A DNA stretch of 36,052 bases from an uncultured bacterium (lineage in GTDB: Bacteria > JADJOY01): contig CAYMQR010000002.1 in the NCBI GenBank assembly GCA_964392195.1, positions 1 to 36,052 on the forward strand, read 5' to 3'. Below are positions 24,394 through 33,324 of this stretch, piece after piece; position 1 is the first letter of the stretch, and each line of letters begins with the position of its first letter. Position numbers and translations under genes: made by a program. A model generated the notes under the pieces. The model did not search any database. It was given only the letters and a program-made list of their open reading frames with translations, and had not been told where the DNA came from.

Positions 24394-25497
24394 TCAGGCC
24401 CGGCGCAGGACCTTGTCGAGGAACGAGCCGCCGGAGCGGGCCTTCGGGTTGATGCGTTCGAGCGCGTCGAGCGCCGCGGCGCGCACCCTCTCGTCCTCGC
24501 TCTTCACCAGCTTGCGGAGCGCGCCGAGCGCCGGCTTGGCCGCGGGGCCGATCAGGCCGAGGGTGCGCGCCGTGAGCGCGCGCACCGTGGGGTCGTCCTT
24601 CTTGAGGAGCGCGCACAGCGGATCGACCGCCGGGCGCGCGGCCCAGCCGACGCGGCCCAGAAACTCGATGCACGCCTCGCGCACCCGCGCGTCGGCGAGC
24701 CCCTCGATCAGCACCGGCACCGTGGCCGACGCCTCGGCGCCGATCGTGACCATCGCGCCCGCGGCGATGTAGCGCAGGCTCGGGTCCGTCAGCATCGTGC
24801 GCAGCTTCGGCACCGCGGGCTTGGCGGCCGGTCCGATGCCGGCGAGGGCGCGCGCCGCGGCGCCGCGGAAGCCCTCGACGTCGAGCGAGTCGACGAGCAC
24901 CGGCACCGCGTCCACCGCCTGCGGGCCGATGCCGCCGAGCGCCAGGAAGATCGACGGTTTGGAGCGCGCGTCCGCGGTCTTCGCCATGGCGATCAGGGTC
25001 GGCAACGCCTCGATCGCCCGCGGGCCGAGGCGGCCAAGCGACTGCACCGCCGCGTCGCGCACGGTGAGGTCCGCGTCCTGGAGCGCGGCGAGCAACAGCT
25101 TGATGCAGTCCTTGAACTCGAGGCCGACGCGGCCGAGCGCCTCGACCGCCGTGGCGCGCACCATCACGTCGGTGCCGGAGAGCGCCTTCAGCAGTGCGTC
25201 GTTCGAGATCTTCGCCACCGCGTAGCCGGCCTCCGAGCGCACCGCGGCGTGGCGGTGCTTCATGGCGGTGTGCAGGGCGGGGAGCGCGGTGCGCGCAGGT
25301 GAGCCGATCGCCGCGAGCGCGTCGATCGAGCCGGTGACGATGTCCTCGTTGTCGTCGGCGAGCGAGTCGACCAGGTCGGGGACCGCGGCCATGCCGATCT
25401 TGACCAGCGCGTCGATCGCGGAGGTGCGGACGTGGGGGTCGCGGTTCTTGAGCGCCTCGATCCAGACCACGGTCGACTTGCCTTGGTACACCGCCAT
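24394..25497 (-). CDS. HEAT-repeat (PBS-lyase-type) cytoplasmic protein
   Basis: ATG 25497 is preceded by GGGAG. Repeats of about 30 aa occur throughout, such as DPxVRxxAxxALGxIGxxAxxAVPxL. No signal peptide is present. Confidence 0.8.
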   Translation of the reverse strand: MAVYQGKSTVVWIEALKNRDPHVRTSAIDALVKIGMAAVPDLVDSLADDNEDIVTGSIDALAAIGSPARTALPALHTAMKHRHAAVRSEAGYAVAKISNDALLKALSGTDVMVRATAVEALGRVGLEFKDCIKLLLAALQDADLTVRDAAVQSLGRLGPRAIEALPTLIAMAKTADARSKPSIFLALGGIGPQAVDAVPVLVDSLDVEGFRGAAARALAGIGPAAKPAVPKLRTMLTDPSLRYIAAGAMVTIGAEASATVPVLIEGLADARVREACIEFLGRVGWAARPAVDPLCALLKKDDPTVRALTARTLGLIGPAAKPALGALRKLVKSEDERVRAAALDALERINPKARSGGSFLDKVLRRA

Positions 25498-25609
25498 GGA
25501 AACTCCCGTCGGCCGTCAGCCGGTGCGTTCGATCGCGTTCGTGTGGGCGGGCACGGATTCGCGGTCCAGCGGCCGCAGGCGGTTCGGGTCGATCTCCGTG
25601 GCGCGCGAA

Positions 25610-25635
25610 GGGGCGCTCAAGGAGCGCTCCTTTTT
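25610..25635 (+). terminator. canonical-looking intrinsic terminator with no annotated upstream gene on its strand
   Basis: GGGGCGCTC-aag-GAGCGCTCC forms 9 bp with one G-U pair and is followed directly by TTTTT. It lies in the HEAT/dusA divergent intergenic region, 180 nt upstream of the dusA ATG. Confidence 0.4.
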
Positions 25636-25815
25636 CCTTCCACGTCAAGCGGCGCCGGACGGCGCGTCGGTCGGCAGGGTAACCGCCCGCGCACCGATCC
25701 GCGTTCGGGCACGCGGCCACGCTCGCGGACGACGCCAGCGACGCGCCGGAGCCGCTACATTTCCGCGCACCGGACCACGCCGCGCCGCGAGCGCGCGGCC
25801 GGACCTCCGCCCACG

Positions 25816-26868
25816 ATGAGCACGCCGAGCGACAGCCGCTCCACCCGTCCTCCGCACGCGTTCAGCGTCGCGCCGATGATGGACCGCACCGACCGCCACT
25901 TCCGGTGGCTGGCGCGCCAGCTCACGCGCCGCGCGCTCCTCTACACCGAGATGGTGGTCGCCGACACCATCCTCCACCACGTGAGCGACGGCCGTCTCGA
26001 GCACTACGTCGGCTTCGACCCGATCGAGCACCCGGTCGCGATCCAGCTCGGCGGCGACGACCCGCGCAAGCTCGCCGAGGCGTCGCGGATCGTGGCCGAG
26101 CGGGGCTACGACGAGATCAACCTCAACGTCGGCTGCCCGTCGGAGCGGGTCAAGGACGGCTGCTTCGGCGCAGTCCTGATGCGCGAGCCGGAGCGCGTCG
26201 CCGGGATCGTCGCGGCGATGCGCGACGCGGCGCCGGGCGTGCCGGTCACGATCAAGCACCGCATCGGCGTCGACGAGCTCGACCGCTACGAGGACATGGC
26301 GCGCTTCGTCGAGGTGGTGGCGGGCGCGGGCGTGACGAGCTTCGCGGTGCACGCGCGCAAGGCGTGGCTGAGCGGACTCTCGCCGGCCGAGAACCGCACC
26401 ATCCCGCCCCTGCGCTACGACGACGTGTACCGGCTCAAGAGCGAGCACCCGGATCTCACCATCGTGATCAACGGTGGCGTGGTGGGGATCGACGCCACGC
26501 TCGCGCACCTCGAGCGCCTCGACGGCGTGATGGTGGGACGCGCGGCCTACGACGATCCGCTGTGGCTCGGCGAGGTCGACGAGCGCGTGTTCGGGGTCGC
26601 GCCGCCGGCCACCGCCACCGACGCGGAGGCGCTCGTCGAGGCGACGATCGGCTACGCGAGCCGCACGGTGGCTGGCCGCACCACGCTGCGCGCGATCTAC
26701 CGCCACCTGCTCGCGCTCTTCCACGGCCGCCTCGCGGCGCGCCGCGGGCGGCGCCTCCTGAGCGACGCGCTGGCGCGACCGGGCGTGGGGCCGGCCGCGC
26801 TCCGCGACGTGCTGCGCCACGTGCGGCGCGAGGTCGACGAGCTCGAGGCGCTCCGCCGCGCGGGGTGA
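25816..26868 (+). CDS. dusA: tRNA-dihydrouridine synthase A
   Basis: FSVAPMMDRTDRHFR, YDEINLNVGCPSERV and VTIKHRIG are typical DusA motifs, and the ~350 aa length fits. ATG 25816 is the first Met before the conserved N-terminus. Confidence 0.85.
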   Translation: MSTPSDSRSTRPPHAFSVAPMMDRTDRHFRWLARQLTRRALLYTEMVVADTILHHVSDGRLEHYVGFDPIEHPVAIQLGGDDPRKLAEASRIVAERGYDEINLNVGCPSERVKDGCFGAVLMREPERVAGIVAAMRDAAPGVPVTIKHRIGVDELDRYEDMARFVEVVAGAGVTSFAVHARKAWLSGLSPAENRTIPPLRYDDVYRLKSEHPDLTIVINGGVVGIDATLAHLERLDGVMVGRAAYDDPLWLGEVDERVFGVAPPATATDAEALVEATIGYASRTVAGRTTLRAIYRHLLALFHGRLAARRGRRLLSDALARPGVGPAALRDVLRHVRREVDELEALRRAG

Positions 26869-26886
26869 CGGATAGACTCGCCCCCC

Positions 26887-28053
26887 GTGAACGCACCGAT
26901 CACGCCCTCGTCGCTCGATCCTGATCTGGAACGGGACCTGAGCATCCTGCGCCTCGGCACACCGGGCACGCCCGCGCCGCGGCGGCGCCGCTTCCCGTGG
27001 GGCAAGCTCGTCACGCTGGTGGTGCTGGCGGCGGCGATCGGCGGTGGCGTCACCTACTGGCGCGTCACCAAGCCGATCGAGGTGTCGCTGGTGTCGATCG
27101 CACCACGCGACCTCGGCCTGCCCTCCACGCTGCTCACGGCGTCGGGCTACATCGTCGCCAAGCGCCAGATCACGGTGAGCAGCAAGACCCAGGGCAAGAT
27201 CGTCGAGATGCCGGTGACGATCGCCACCGAGCTCGAGCAGGGCGCGCTGATCGCGCGCGTCCAGGACGACGAGCAGCGCGCGCAGGTCAAGGTGGCCGAG
27301 GCCGAGCTCGCGCAGGCCGAGCTCGACGTGAGGCGCGCCCGCGAGCTCAGCCGCGACCGCATCGCCTCGCAAGCCGACCTCGACAAGGCCGAGACCAACG
27401 TGCTGGTGGCGCGCGCGCGCCTCGAGCTCGCGCGCGAGGCGCTCGCCGACACGCTGGTGACCGCGCCCATCGCCGGCACCGTGATCCGCAAGATCCGCGA
27501 CGTCGGCGAGTTCCTCACGCTGGGCGTCACCGCCGAGGGAGATCCCGGCTCGTCGGTGGTGACGTTGGCCGACATGTCGGCGATCGACGTCGAGCTCGAG
27601 ATCAACGAGACCGAGATCACCAAGGTGAAGATGGGCGGCCCGGCGATCGTGACGCCGGAGGCGATCCCCGAGCGCCGCTACCTCGCCGACGTATTCGAGA
27701 TCGGCGCGATGGCCGACCGCAAGAAGTCGGTGGTGCCGGTGAAGGCGCGGCTGCGCGAGCCGAGCCACGACCTGCGTCCCGACATGTCGGCCAAGGTCAC
27801 GTTCCTCGTAGAGGAGCCGAGGGGCGCGATCGTGGTGAAGCCCGCGCTGCCCACCTCCGCCGTGGTCCAGCGCGGCGGGCGCAGCGTGGTGCTGCTGGTC
27901 GAGAACGATCGTGCGGTGGAGAAGCCCATCGAGACCGAGCCCGCCGACACCGGCTTCGTGGTGGTGAAGAGCGGCGCCACCGAGGGCACCTTCGTGATCG
28001 ACCAGCCGCCGCCCGAGCTCGCCGCCGGCCAGCGGGTGCACGTCAAGTCGTGA
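26887..28053 (+). CDS. efflux/export periplasmic adaptor (HlyD/MacA family)
   Basis: There is an N-terminal TM (LVTLVVLAAAIGGGV), a lipoyl-like segment, a coiled-coil hairpin (AEAELAQAELDVRRAREL...LELAREAL) and then ...VTAPIAGTV. GTG 26887 is the only in-frame start before the TM. No clear Shine-Dalgarno is visible. Confidence 0.75.
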   Translation: MNAPITPSSLDPDLERDLSILRLGTPGTPAPRRRRFPWGKLVTLVVLAAAIGGGVTYWRVTKPIEVSLVSIAPRDLGLPSTLLTASGYIVAKRQITVSSKTQGKIVEMPVTIATELEQGALIARVQDDEQRAQVKVAEAELAQAELDVRRARELSRDRIASQADLDKAETNVLVARARLELAREALADTLVTAPIAGTVIRKIRDVGEFLTLGVTAEGDPGSSVVTLADMSAIDVELEINETEITKVKMGGPAIVTPEAIPERRYLADVFEIGAMADRKKSVVPVKARLREPSHDLRPDMSAKVTFLVEEPRGAIVVKPALPTSAVVQRGGRSVVLLVENDRAVEKPIETEPADTGFVVVKSGATEGTFVIDQPPPELAAGQRVHVKS

Positions 28054-28772
28054 GCGACGGGCGCGCCAACGCCGCGATCGCAGCCGGCGCACCGCTGGTC
28101 GAGATCGCGGGGCTCGGGAAGACGTACCACCGCGGCGCCACCGACGTGCCGGTGCTCGTGGACGTCAACCTGACGATCCGCGCCGGCGAGTTCGTGGCGC
28201 TGATGGGGCCGTCGGGCTCGGGGAAGTCGACGCTCCTCAACCTGATCGCCGGCATCGACCGGCCCACCACCGGCTCGCTCAAGATCGCCGGGCGCGACAT
28301 CCAGGGGCTGACCGAGCGCGAGCTCGATCGGTGGCGGAACCGCTCGATCGGCTTCGTGTTCCAGTTCTACAACCTGATGCCGGTGCTCACGGCGCTCGAG
28401 AACGTCGAGCTGCCGCTCACGCTCGTCGACATGACGCGCGACGAGCGGCTGGCGCGCGCCGCGGCGGCGCTGCGGATCGTGGGACTCGGCCACCGCATCA
28501 GCCACCGTCCGTCCGAGCTCTCGGGCGGCGAGCAGCAGCGGGTCGCGATCGCGCGCGCGCTCGTCACCGACCCGCTCCTGGTGCTCGCCGACGAGCCCAC
28601 CGGCGACCTCGACGCCAGGAGCGGCACCGAGATCCTCGGCATCATGCGTCTCCTCAACCGCACCGCGGGCAAGACCTTCGTGATGGTCACCCACGACCCG
28701 CGCGCCGCCGCCACCGCGGACCGGCTCGTCCACCTCGACAAGGGCCGGCTCACCGACGAGCCCACCCCGTGA
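28050..28772 (+). CDS. ABC transporter ATP-binding protein (MacB/LolD-type)
   Basis: GTG 28050 overlaps the upstream stop (GTGA). Walker A is GPSGSGKST, the signature is LSGGEQQR and Walker B is LLVLADEPTGDLD. Confidence 0.9.
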   Translation: MSDGRANAAIAAGAPLVEIAGLGKTYHRGATDVPVLVDVNLTIRAGEFVALMGPSGSGKSTLLNLIAGIDRPTTGSLKIAGRDIQGLTERELDRWRNRSIGFVFQFYNLMPVLTALENVELPLTLVDMTRDERLARAAAALRIVGLGHRISHRPSELSGGEQQRVAIARALVTDPLLVLADEPTGDLDARSGTEILGIMRLLNRTAGKTFVMVTHDPRAAATADRLVHLDKGRLTDEPTP

Positions 28773-29920
28773 ACGCGCTCAAGCTCCTGGTCCGCGGGCT
28801 GGCGCGGAACCCGCGCCGCACGCTGCTCACGTTCCTCGGCCTGGTGGTGTCGTTCTTCGTCTACACCTCGCTCGCCAGCATCCTGTTCACGCTGACGCAG
28901 ATGATCGAGCGCACCGGCAGCTCGACCACGCTCTTCCTGCGGCCCAAGTTCGGGATCCGCTTCTGGCGCGCCGAGATCCCGCTCACCTATCTGCCGAGGA
29001 TCCGCGCCCTGCCCGGCGTGGTCGCGCTCACGCCCTACGACTTCTTCCTCGGCGAGGGGAAGAAGAAGGGCGACTTCGACGTGGCGATCGGAGTCGATCC
29101 CGCCACCATCGCCCAGGTTCGCGATCTGAAGGGCGCGTCGAGCGCCGAGCTCGCCACCTTCGCCGCCGAGCGCAGCGGCGCCCTGGTGGGCGAGCGGATG
29201 CTCGAGAACAACCACTGGAGGATCGGCGGCGAGGTCACCATGCGGAACCCGCTCAAGGGGCAGAACCTGCCGGTGCGGATCCGCGGCAGCCTCGATCGGG
29301 ACGGCGACTTCGGCGACGTGCTGCTGGTCCACAACGACTACCTGCAGGACGCCAACGGGCGCACCGGCAAGACCGTGTTCGTCATCGTGAAGGTGGCGCG
29401 CCCCGACCTCGCGACGAGCGTGGCGCGCACCATCGACGAGGGCTTCAAGAACTTCACGGTGCCCACCGAGACCATCACCGAGAAGGCGTTCACCGACACC
29501 GTGATCGGCGGGCTCTCCGACACGCTGCGCGCGCTCACGGTGATCGGCTACCTGACCCTCGGTGTGACCATGCTGGTGGTGGCGAACACCGTGGCGATGA
29601 GCGTGCGCGAGCGCACCACCGAGATCGGCACGATGCGCGCGCTCGGCTTCAGCTCGCGGCGGGTGCTCGGGCTGGTGGTGGGCGAGGCGTCGCTGGTGTC
29701 GCTGATCGGCGGGCTGGGCGGCGCGATGCTGGCGTGGGCGGTGTTCCACTTCCAGTGGATCGAGCTGCCGGAGGAGGTGGGGCTCGACATCCGCACCTCG
29801 TGGCAGGTGGTGGCGCGCGCCGCCGCGCTGGCGCTGCCGATCGGCGCGCTCGCCGGGCTCAAGCCCGCGTGGGACGCCTCGCGCATGGCGATCACCGATG
29901 CGCTGCGCCACGCGGACTGA
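28769..29920 (+). CDS. ABC transporter permease, FtsX/MacB-type (permease 1)
   Basis: GTG 28769 overlaps the upstream stop (GTGA). The N-terminus is LARNPRRTLLTFLGLVV, followed by a large periplasmic loop and a C-terminal 3-TM FtsX-like region ending ...ITDALRHAD. Confidence 0.85.
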   Translation: MNALKLLVRGLARNPRRTLLTFLGLVVSFFVYTSLASILFTLTQMIERTGSSTTLFLRPKFGIRFWRAEIPLTYLPRIRALPGVVALTPYDFFLGEGKKKGDFDVAIGVDPATIAQVRDLKGASSAELATFAAERSGALVGERMLENNHWRIGGEVTMRNPLKGQNLPVRIRGSLDRDGDFGDVLLVHNDYLQDANGRTGKTVFVIVKVARPDLATSVARTIDEGFKNFTVPTETITEKAFTDTVIGGLSDTLRALTVIGYLTLGVTMLVVANTVAMSVRERTTEIGTMRALGFSSRRVLGLVVGEASLVSLIGGLGGAMLAWAVFHFQWIELPEEVGLDIRTSWQVVARAAALALPIGALAGLKPAWDASRMAITDALRHAD

Positions 29921-29930
29921 GGGAATCGCG

Positions 29931-30107
29931 ATGGCCCTGCCCCTCGCTTACTCGTGGCGAAACGTCATGGCGCGCAAGCGGTCCACGCGCGGTTTCCACG
30001 GGGGGCTGTACCAGCCCCCCGCCCCTCCGAGAGCGCGGTCTCGGAGGGGCCCCACCCCCGAGCCGCTCGCTGCGCTCGCGCGGTGCCGCTGGCACCGGCC
30101 GAGATAA
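29931..30107 (+). pseudogene. displaced original 5' end of the permease-2 gene (19 codons) fused to repeat-element sequence and ending at TAA
   Basis: ATG 29931 has a GAGGGA Shine-Dalgarno in the normal coupled position after permease 1. The first 58 nt match 30129-30186 at 54 of 58 positions. After codon 19 the reading frame runs into hairpin repeats and stops at 30105-30107. Confidence 0.6.
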
Positions 30108-30128
30108 GACACCGTCGGAGCACCAAGC
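29989..30128. repeat. 140-bp stem-loop element inserted in the 5' end of the permease-2 gene, flanked by 58-nt direct repeats of the gene start
   Basis: It contains GGGGGGCTG-tac-CAGCCCCCC (30000-30020), the same stem as 33879-33900. It also contains CCCCTCCGAGA-gcgcgg-TCTCGGAGGGG (30022-30049) and GGTGCC-gct-GGCACC. Its left edge cGCGGTTTCCA matches 33848-33857. It ends with TAA, then GGAG, then GTG. Confidence 0.65.
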
Positions 30129-31286
30129 GTGACCCTGCCCCTCGCCTACTCGTGGCGCAACGTCATGGCGCGCAAGCGGTCCACGCTGGTGGTGGTGTTC
30201 GGCGTGGCGGCGTCGGTGCTGGTGTTCGTGGTGATGGCGGCGACGGCCAGCGGGATCTCGCGGGTGTCGGTGTCGACGGGCGATCCGCGGAACCTCCTGG
30301 TGATGTCGAAGGGCGCGCCGTCGGCGGAGGGATCGAGCCTGTCGCGCGAGGTCGCGAACATCGTGCGCTACCACCCGGGCATCGCTCGCGACGCCCACGG
30401 CGAGCCGCTCGCGAGCCCCGAGCTGATCCTGCAGCGGCCGATCCCGCGCAAGGGCGAGCCGCTCGGCTCGATGGTGGGCGCGCGCTACACGCCGATCCGC
30501 GGCGTGACGCCGAAGGTGTTCGAGGTCCACACCGGCGCACGCCTCATCGCCGGGCGTTTCCCGCGCGAGCCCGGCGAAGTGATGATCGGCGCTCTCATGC
30601 CCGCCAAGCTCGCCGGAGTGGGACTCGGCGACGAGCTCGCGTTCGGCCGCCAGCTCCACCGCGTGGTCGGCGTGTTCGCCGCGGCCGGTCAGGTGTTCGA
30701 GGGCGAGGTGTGGGCCGAGCTCGACGACCTCATGAGCGAGAACCACGTGAGCGAGGTGTCGCTGGTGGTGGCGCGGGTCGCGGAGCCGCGGCGGGTCGCC
30801 GAGCTCGGCAAGCAGCTCGAGGACGCCCGCAACATCTCGGTCGACGCCAAGCCCGAGCCCAAGTACTACGAGAACGTCGCGCGCTCGGCGGTGGGGTTCC
30901 GCTTCCTGGGCAACCTGATCGGCACGATCATGGGGCTCGGAGCCGTGTTCGCCGGCGCCAACACCATGTACGCGGCGATGAGCAAGCGGGTTCGCGAGAT
31001 GGGGACGCTGCGCGCGCTCGGCTTCGGCGCGTGGTCGGTGGCCGCGGCGCTGCTGATCGAGAGTACGCTGGTAGGGATCCTCGGCGGCGCGCTCGGCATC
31101 GCCGCGTCGTTCGCCTTCGACGGCTACGGCATGGACCTCTTCGAGCTGTCGTTTCGCCTCGACGTGACCCGCTCGGCGGTGGCCGGCGGCGCGGCGCTCG
31201 CGCTCGCCTCCGGCATCCTCGGCGGGCTGCTCCCCGCGCGCGCCGCCGCGCGCCTCGAGATCGTCGACGCCCTGCGACACGTCTGA
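30129..31286 (+). CDS. ABC transporter permease, FtsX/MacB-type (permease 2)
   Basis: GTG 30129 has GGAG 8 nt upstream. The N-terminus is LPLAYSWRNVMARKRSTLVVVFGVAASV, and the C-terminal FtsX region ends ...IVDALRHV. ATG 30162 is an alternative start. Confidence 0.8.
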   Translation: MTLPLAYSWRNVMARKRSTLVVVFGVAASVLVFVVMAATASGISRVSVSTGDPRNLLVMSKGAPSAEGSSLSREVANIVRYHPGIARDAHGEPLASPELILQRPIPRKGEPLGSMVGARYTPIRGVTPKVFEVHTGARLIAGRFPREPGEVMIGALMPAKLAGVGLGDELAFGRQLHRVVGVFAAAGQVFEGEVWAELDDLMSENHVSEVSLVVARVAEPRRVAELGKQLEDARNISVDAKPEPKYYENVARSAVGFRFLGNLIGTIMGLGAVFAGANTMYAAMSKRVREMGTLRALGFGAWSVAAALLIESTLVGILGGALGIAASFAFDGYGMDLFELSFRLDVTRSAVAGGAALALASGILGGLLPARAAARLEIVDALRHV

Positions 31287-31410
31287 TCACGCCGCGACGC
31301 AGCCGATCGCTGTCGTAGCGCGGGGCTCGTCCCCCGCTCCGTCGTCGACCCTTCGGAACCGTTCCTGCCATTCTTCCGCCGCCGATCACCGCTCACGCCG
31401 AGGGCCGCGC

Positions 31411-32286
31411 ATGGAACCGATCGATCGCTACGTCGAGCTGCAGCGCGGGCTCAGGCTCCACGTCCTCGAGTGGGGATCCCCGCACGCGCCCGTGGTGGTC
31501 ATGGTCCACGGCTGGATGGACATCGCGCGCTCCTGGGATCCGGTGGCCGAGCGCCTCGCCGCGCGCTACCGCGTGCTCGCCGTGGATCTTCGCGGCCACG
31601 GCCACTCGAGCTGGATCGGCGCGGGTGCCTACTACCACTTCCCCGACTACCTCCTCGACATCGACGCGGTGGTGCGCGAGCTGGCCGGGCACGAGCGCGT
31701 GGTGCTGGTCGGCCACTCGATGGGCGGCATGGCGTGTGGCCTCTTCTCCGGCACCTTCCCCGAGCGCGTGCGCGGCTACGTGAGCGTCGAGGGCCTCGGG
31801 CCCGGCGCGATGCGCTTCGACGACGCGCCCGATCACTTCGCCGAGTGGGTCCGCACCAACCGCGAGCAGCTCGCGAAGCAGCCGCGCCCGTACACCACGA
31901 TCGCCGACGCGGCGGCGCAGCTCCGCCACGCCAACCCGAGGCTCGCCGAGGCGCGCTCGCTGGTGCTCGCCACCCACGGCACCGAGCGCGGCGACGACGG
32001 GCTCTATCGCTGGCGCTTCGACCCGCTCCACAAGAGCCGGACGCCGCAGCCCTTCTACGTCGACCAGGCACGCGCGTTCTGGCGCCGCATCACGGCGCCG
32101 GTGCTGGTGGTGATCGGCAAGGCGAGCTGGGTACTCGACGTGGTGCCCGACTGGCGCGAGCGCATGTCGGCGATCGCCGACGCGCGGGTGGTCGAGATCG
32201 AGGACGCGGGGCACATGATCCACCACGAGCGCCCCGACGAGCTCGCCGCCGCGATCGAGGAGTTCCTCGCCACGCTGCCGCCGTAG
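31411..32286 (+). CDS. alpha/beta-fold hydrolase
   Basis: ATG is preceded by GAGGG. Motifs are VVMVHGW, DLRGHGHS, the nucleophile elbow GHSMGG and a C-terminal ...AGHMIHHERP. Confidence 0.85.
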   Translation: MEPIDRYVELQRGLRLHVLEWGSPHAPVVVMVHGWMDIARSWDPVAERLAARYRVLAVDLRGHGHSSWIGAGAYYHFPDYLLDIDAVVRELAGHERVVLVGHSMGGMACGLFSGTFPERVRGYVSVEGLGPGAMRFDDAPDHFAEWVRTNREQLAKQPRPYTTIADAAAQLRHANPRLAEARSLVLATHGTERGDDGLYRWRFDPLHKSRTPQPFYVDQARAFWRRITAPVLVVIGKASWVLDVVPDWRERMSAIADARVVEIEDAGHMIHHERPDELAAAIEEFLATLPP

Positions 32287-32287
32287 C

Positions 32288-32408
32288 GCGTCGCAGCGAC
32301 GCCACGAGCGAAGCGCGGAGCCCGCCGCTTCGTCGGCGGGGAGCGTCTCGACAGGCGGCGCGGCAGAGCCGCGCCCTCCAGGCGGGCGGGGGGCTTGAAA
32401 AGCCCCCC
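32288..32408. repeat. array of four GC stem-loops (H1-H4) filling the convergent intergenic region
   Basis: H1 is GCGTCGC-a-GCGACGC (32288-32302). H2 is CCCGCCG-cttcgt-CGGCGGG (32321-32340). H3 is GCGCGGC-aga-GCCGCGC (32358-32374). H4 is GGGGGGCTT-gaa-AAGCCCCCC (32388-32408). Related copies of each recur at 33999-34245. Confidence 0.7.
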
Positions 32409-32415
32409 GAGAAAC

Positions 32416-33009
32416 TCAGGTCGCGGAACGAAGCGCCTCTTCCACGAAGTCGAGGCGGTCGTTGCCCCAGAACATCTCGTCGTCGTTGACGAAGAACGTG
32501 GGCGCGCCGAAGGCGCCGCGCTCGACGGCCTCGTTGGTGTTGGCGGTCAGCTCGTCCTTCACGTCCTGGCGCTCGATCGCGGCGAGGAACGCACCGGGCT
32601 CGAGACCGGTGCGCTCGGCGATCAGGCCGAGCCCCTCGCTCGAGCTCGCGTCGATACCCTCGGCCCAGATCGCGTGGAAGCAGGCGTTGCGGAACACGCG
32701 CTCACGGTCCTCGCGGGCCGCCACCACCGCGCCGCGCATCGCCTTGAGCGAGTTGAACGGAAACACCGACGGCATCTGGATCGTGACGCCGTAGCGGCGC
32801 GCCCAGCGCCCGAGGTCGCCGAACATGTAGGCGCCCTTGGCGGGCACGGTCGCGGGCGGCGCGTTGCCGGTCGCCTTCATCACGCCGCCCAGGAAGAACG
32901 GGCGCGCGACGAGCTGGCAGTTGGTGCGCGACACGATCCCCGGGATCTGCGCGTTCGCGAGGTACGTGAACGGGCTCACGAAGTCGTAGAAGAATTCGAG
33001 CTTGGCCAC
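32416..33009 (-). CDS. 2-hydroxychromene-2-carboxylate isomerase / DsbA-like thioredoxin-fold protein
   Basis: GTG 33009 is preceded by GAGAGAGGAAG. The sequence runs LEFFYDFVSPFTYLA ... GAFGAPTFFVNDEMFWGNDRL, which is typical of the HCCA isomerase family. The upstream 135 aa of ORF 32416..33414 is an Arg-rich shadow. Confidence 0.8.
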   Translation of the reverse strand: MAKLEFFYDFVSPFTYLANAQIPGIVSRTNCQLVARPFFLGGVMKATGNAPPATVPAKGAYMFGDLGRWARRYGVTIQMPSVFPFNSLKAMRGAVVAAREDRERVFRNACFHAIWAEGIDASSSEGLGLIAERTGLEPGAFLAAIERQDVKDELTANTNEAVERGAFGAPTFFVNDDEMFWGNDRLDFVEEALRSAT

Positions 33010-33148
33010 CGCTTCCTCTCTCGCTCGGCGCGCGGCGTCCGCGCCGGATCTCGTCCGTCGACGGGGGCCGAGTGTAGCCGACGCGCGAGCCTCTCTTCGC
33101 GCGCTCGTGCGGCGCGCGGATCCGCCCGCCGCGGCGCGCGGCGCGGCG

Positions 33149-33174
33149 GCGATCGATGGCCTCCCATCGATCGC
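33149..33174. promoter_or_regulatory. perfect 11-bp inverted repeat (candidate operator) in the HCCA-isomerase/HU divergent region
   Basis: GCGATCGATGG-cctc-CCATCGATCGC is a perfect 11+11 palindrome with a 4-nt spacer. Confidence 0.3.
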
Positions 33175-33324
33175 GCGAGGAAGTCGGATGCTCGCTACAC
33201 GGAAACGCGGACTGCGCGGGACGCGCCGCGACGGCTCGCTCGCGAGCACGATCACGCGGGGGCGCGACGCTCGCGCGCGCTCGCGCCGGCTCTCGAAGGA
33301 GCCGCGAAACCTCGGCGTTTCCGC

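Noticed and set aside
25816-26868. dusA 5' end as an integration site of a genomic island (DusA-specific integrases are known to target it)
   Set aside because: No integrase, att-like duplication of the dusA 5' end or foreign-looking gene block is visible next to dusA in this window.
29898-30107. 69-aa ORF as a genuine small protein
   Set aside because: Its conserved part is just the duplicated permease N-terminus (MALPLAYSWRNVMARKRST). The remainder is read through hairpin repeat DNA (Pro/Arg-rich). It is better explained as a displaced gene start.
25645-31280. ORFs 25645..28092 -, 25905..26924 +, 26997..28772 + (N-terminal part), 27678..28733 -, 28367..29911 - and 29892..31280 -
   Set aside because: They overlap dusA and the ABC operon, whose frames contain Walker, signature, HlyD or FtsX motifs. 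The alternatives are Arg/His/Asp-rich shadows.
31354-31368. Possible sigma-54 element cGGAACcgttcCTGCc upstream of the alpha/beta hydrolase gene
   Set aside because: Only the GG-N10-GC spacing fits. Both hexamers deviate from TGGCAC/TTGC, so it is indistinguishable from chance.
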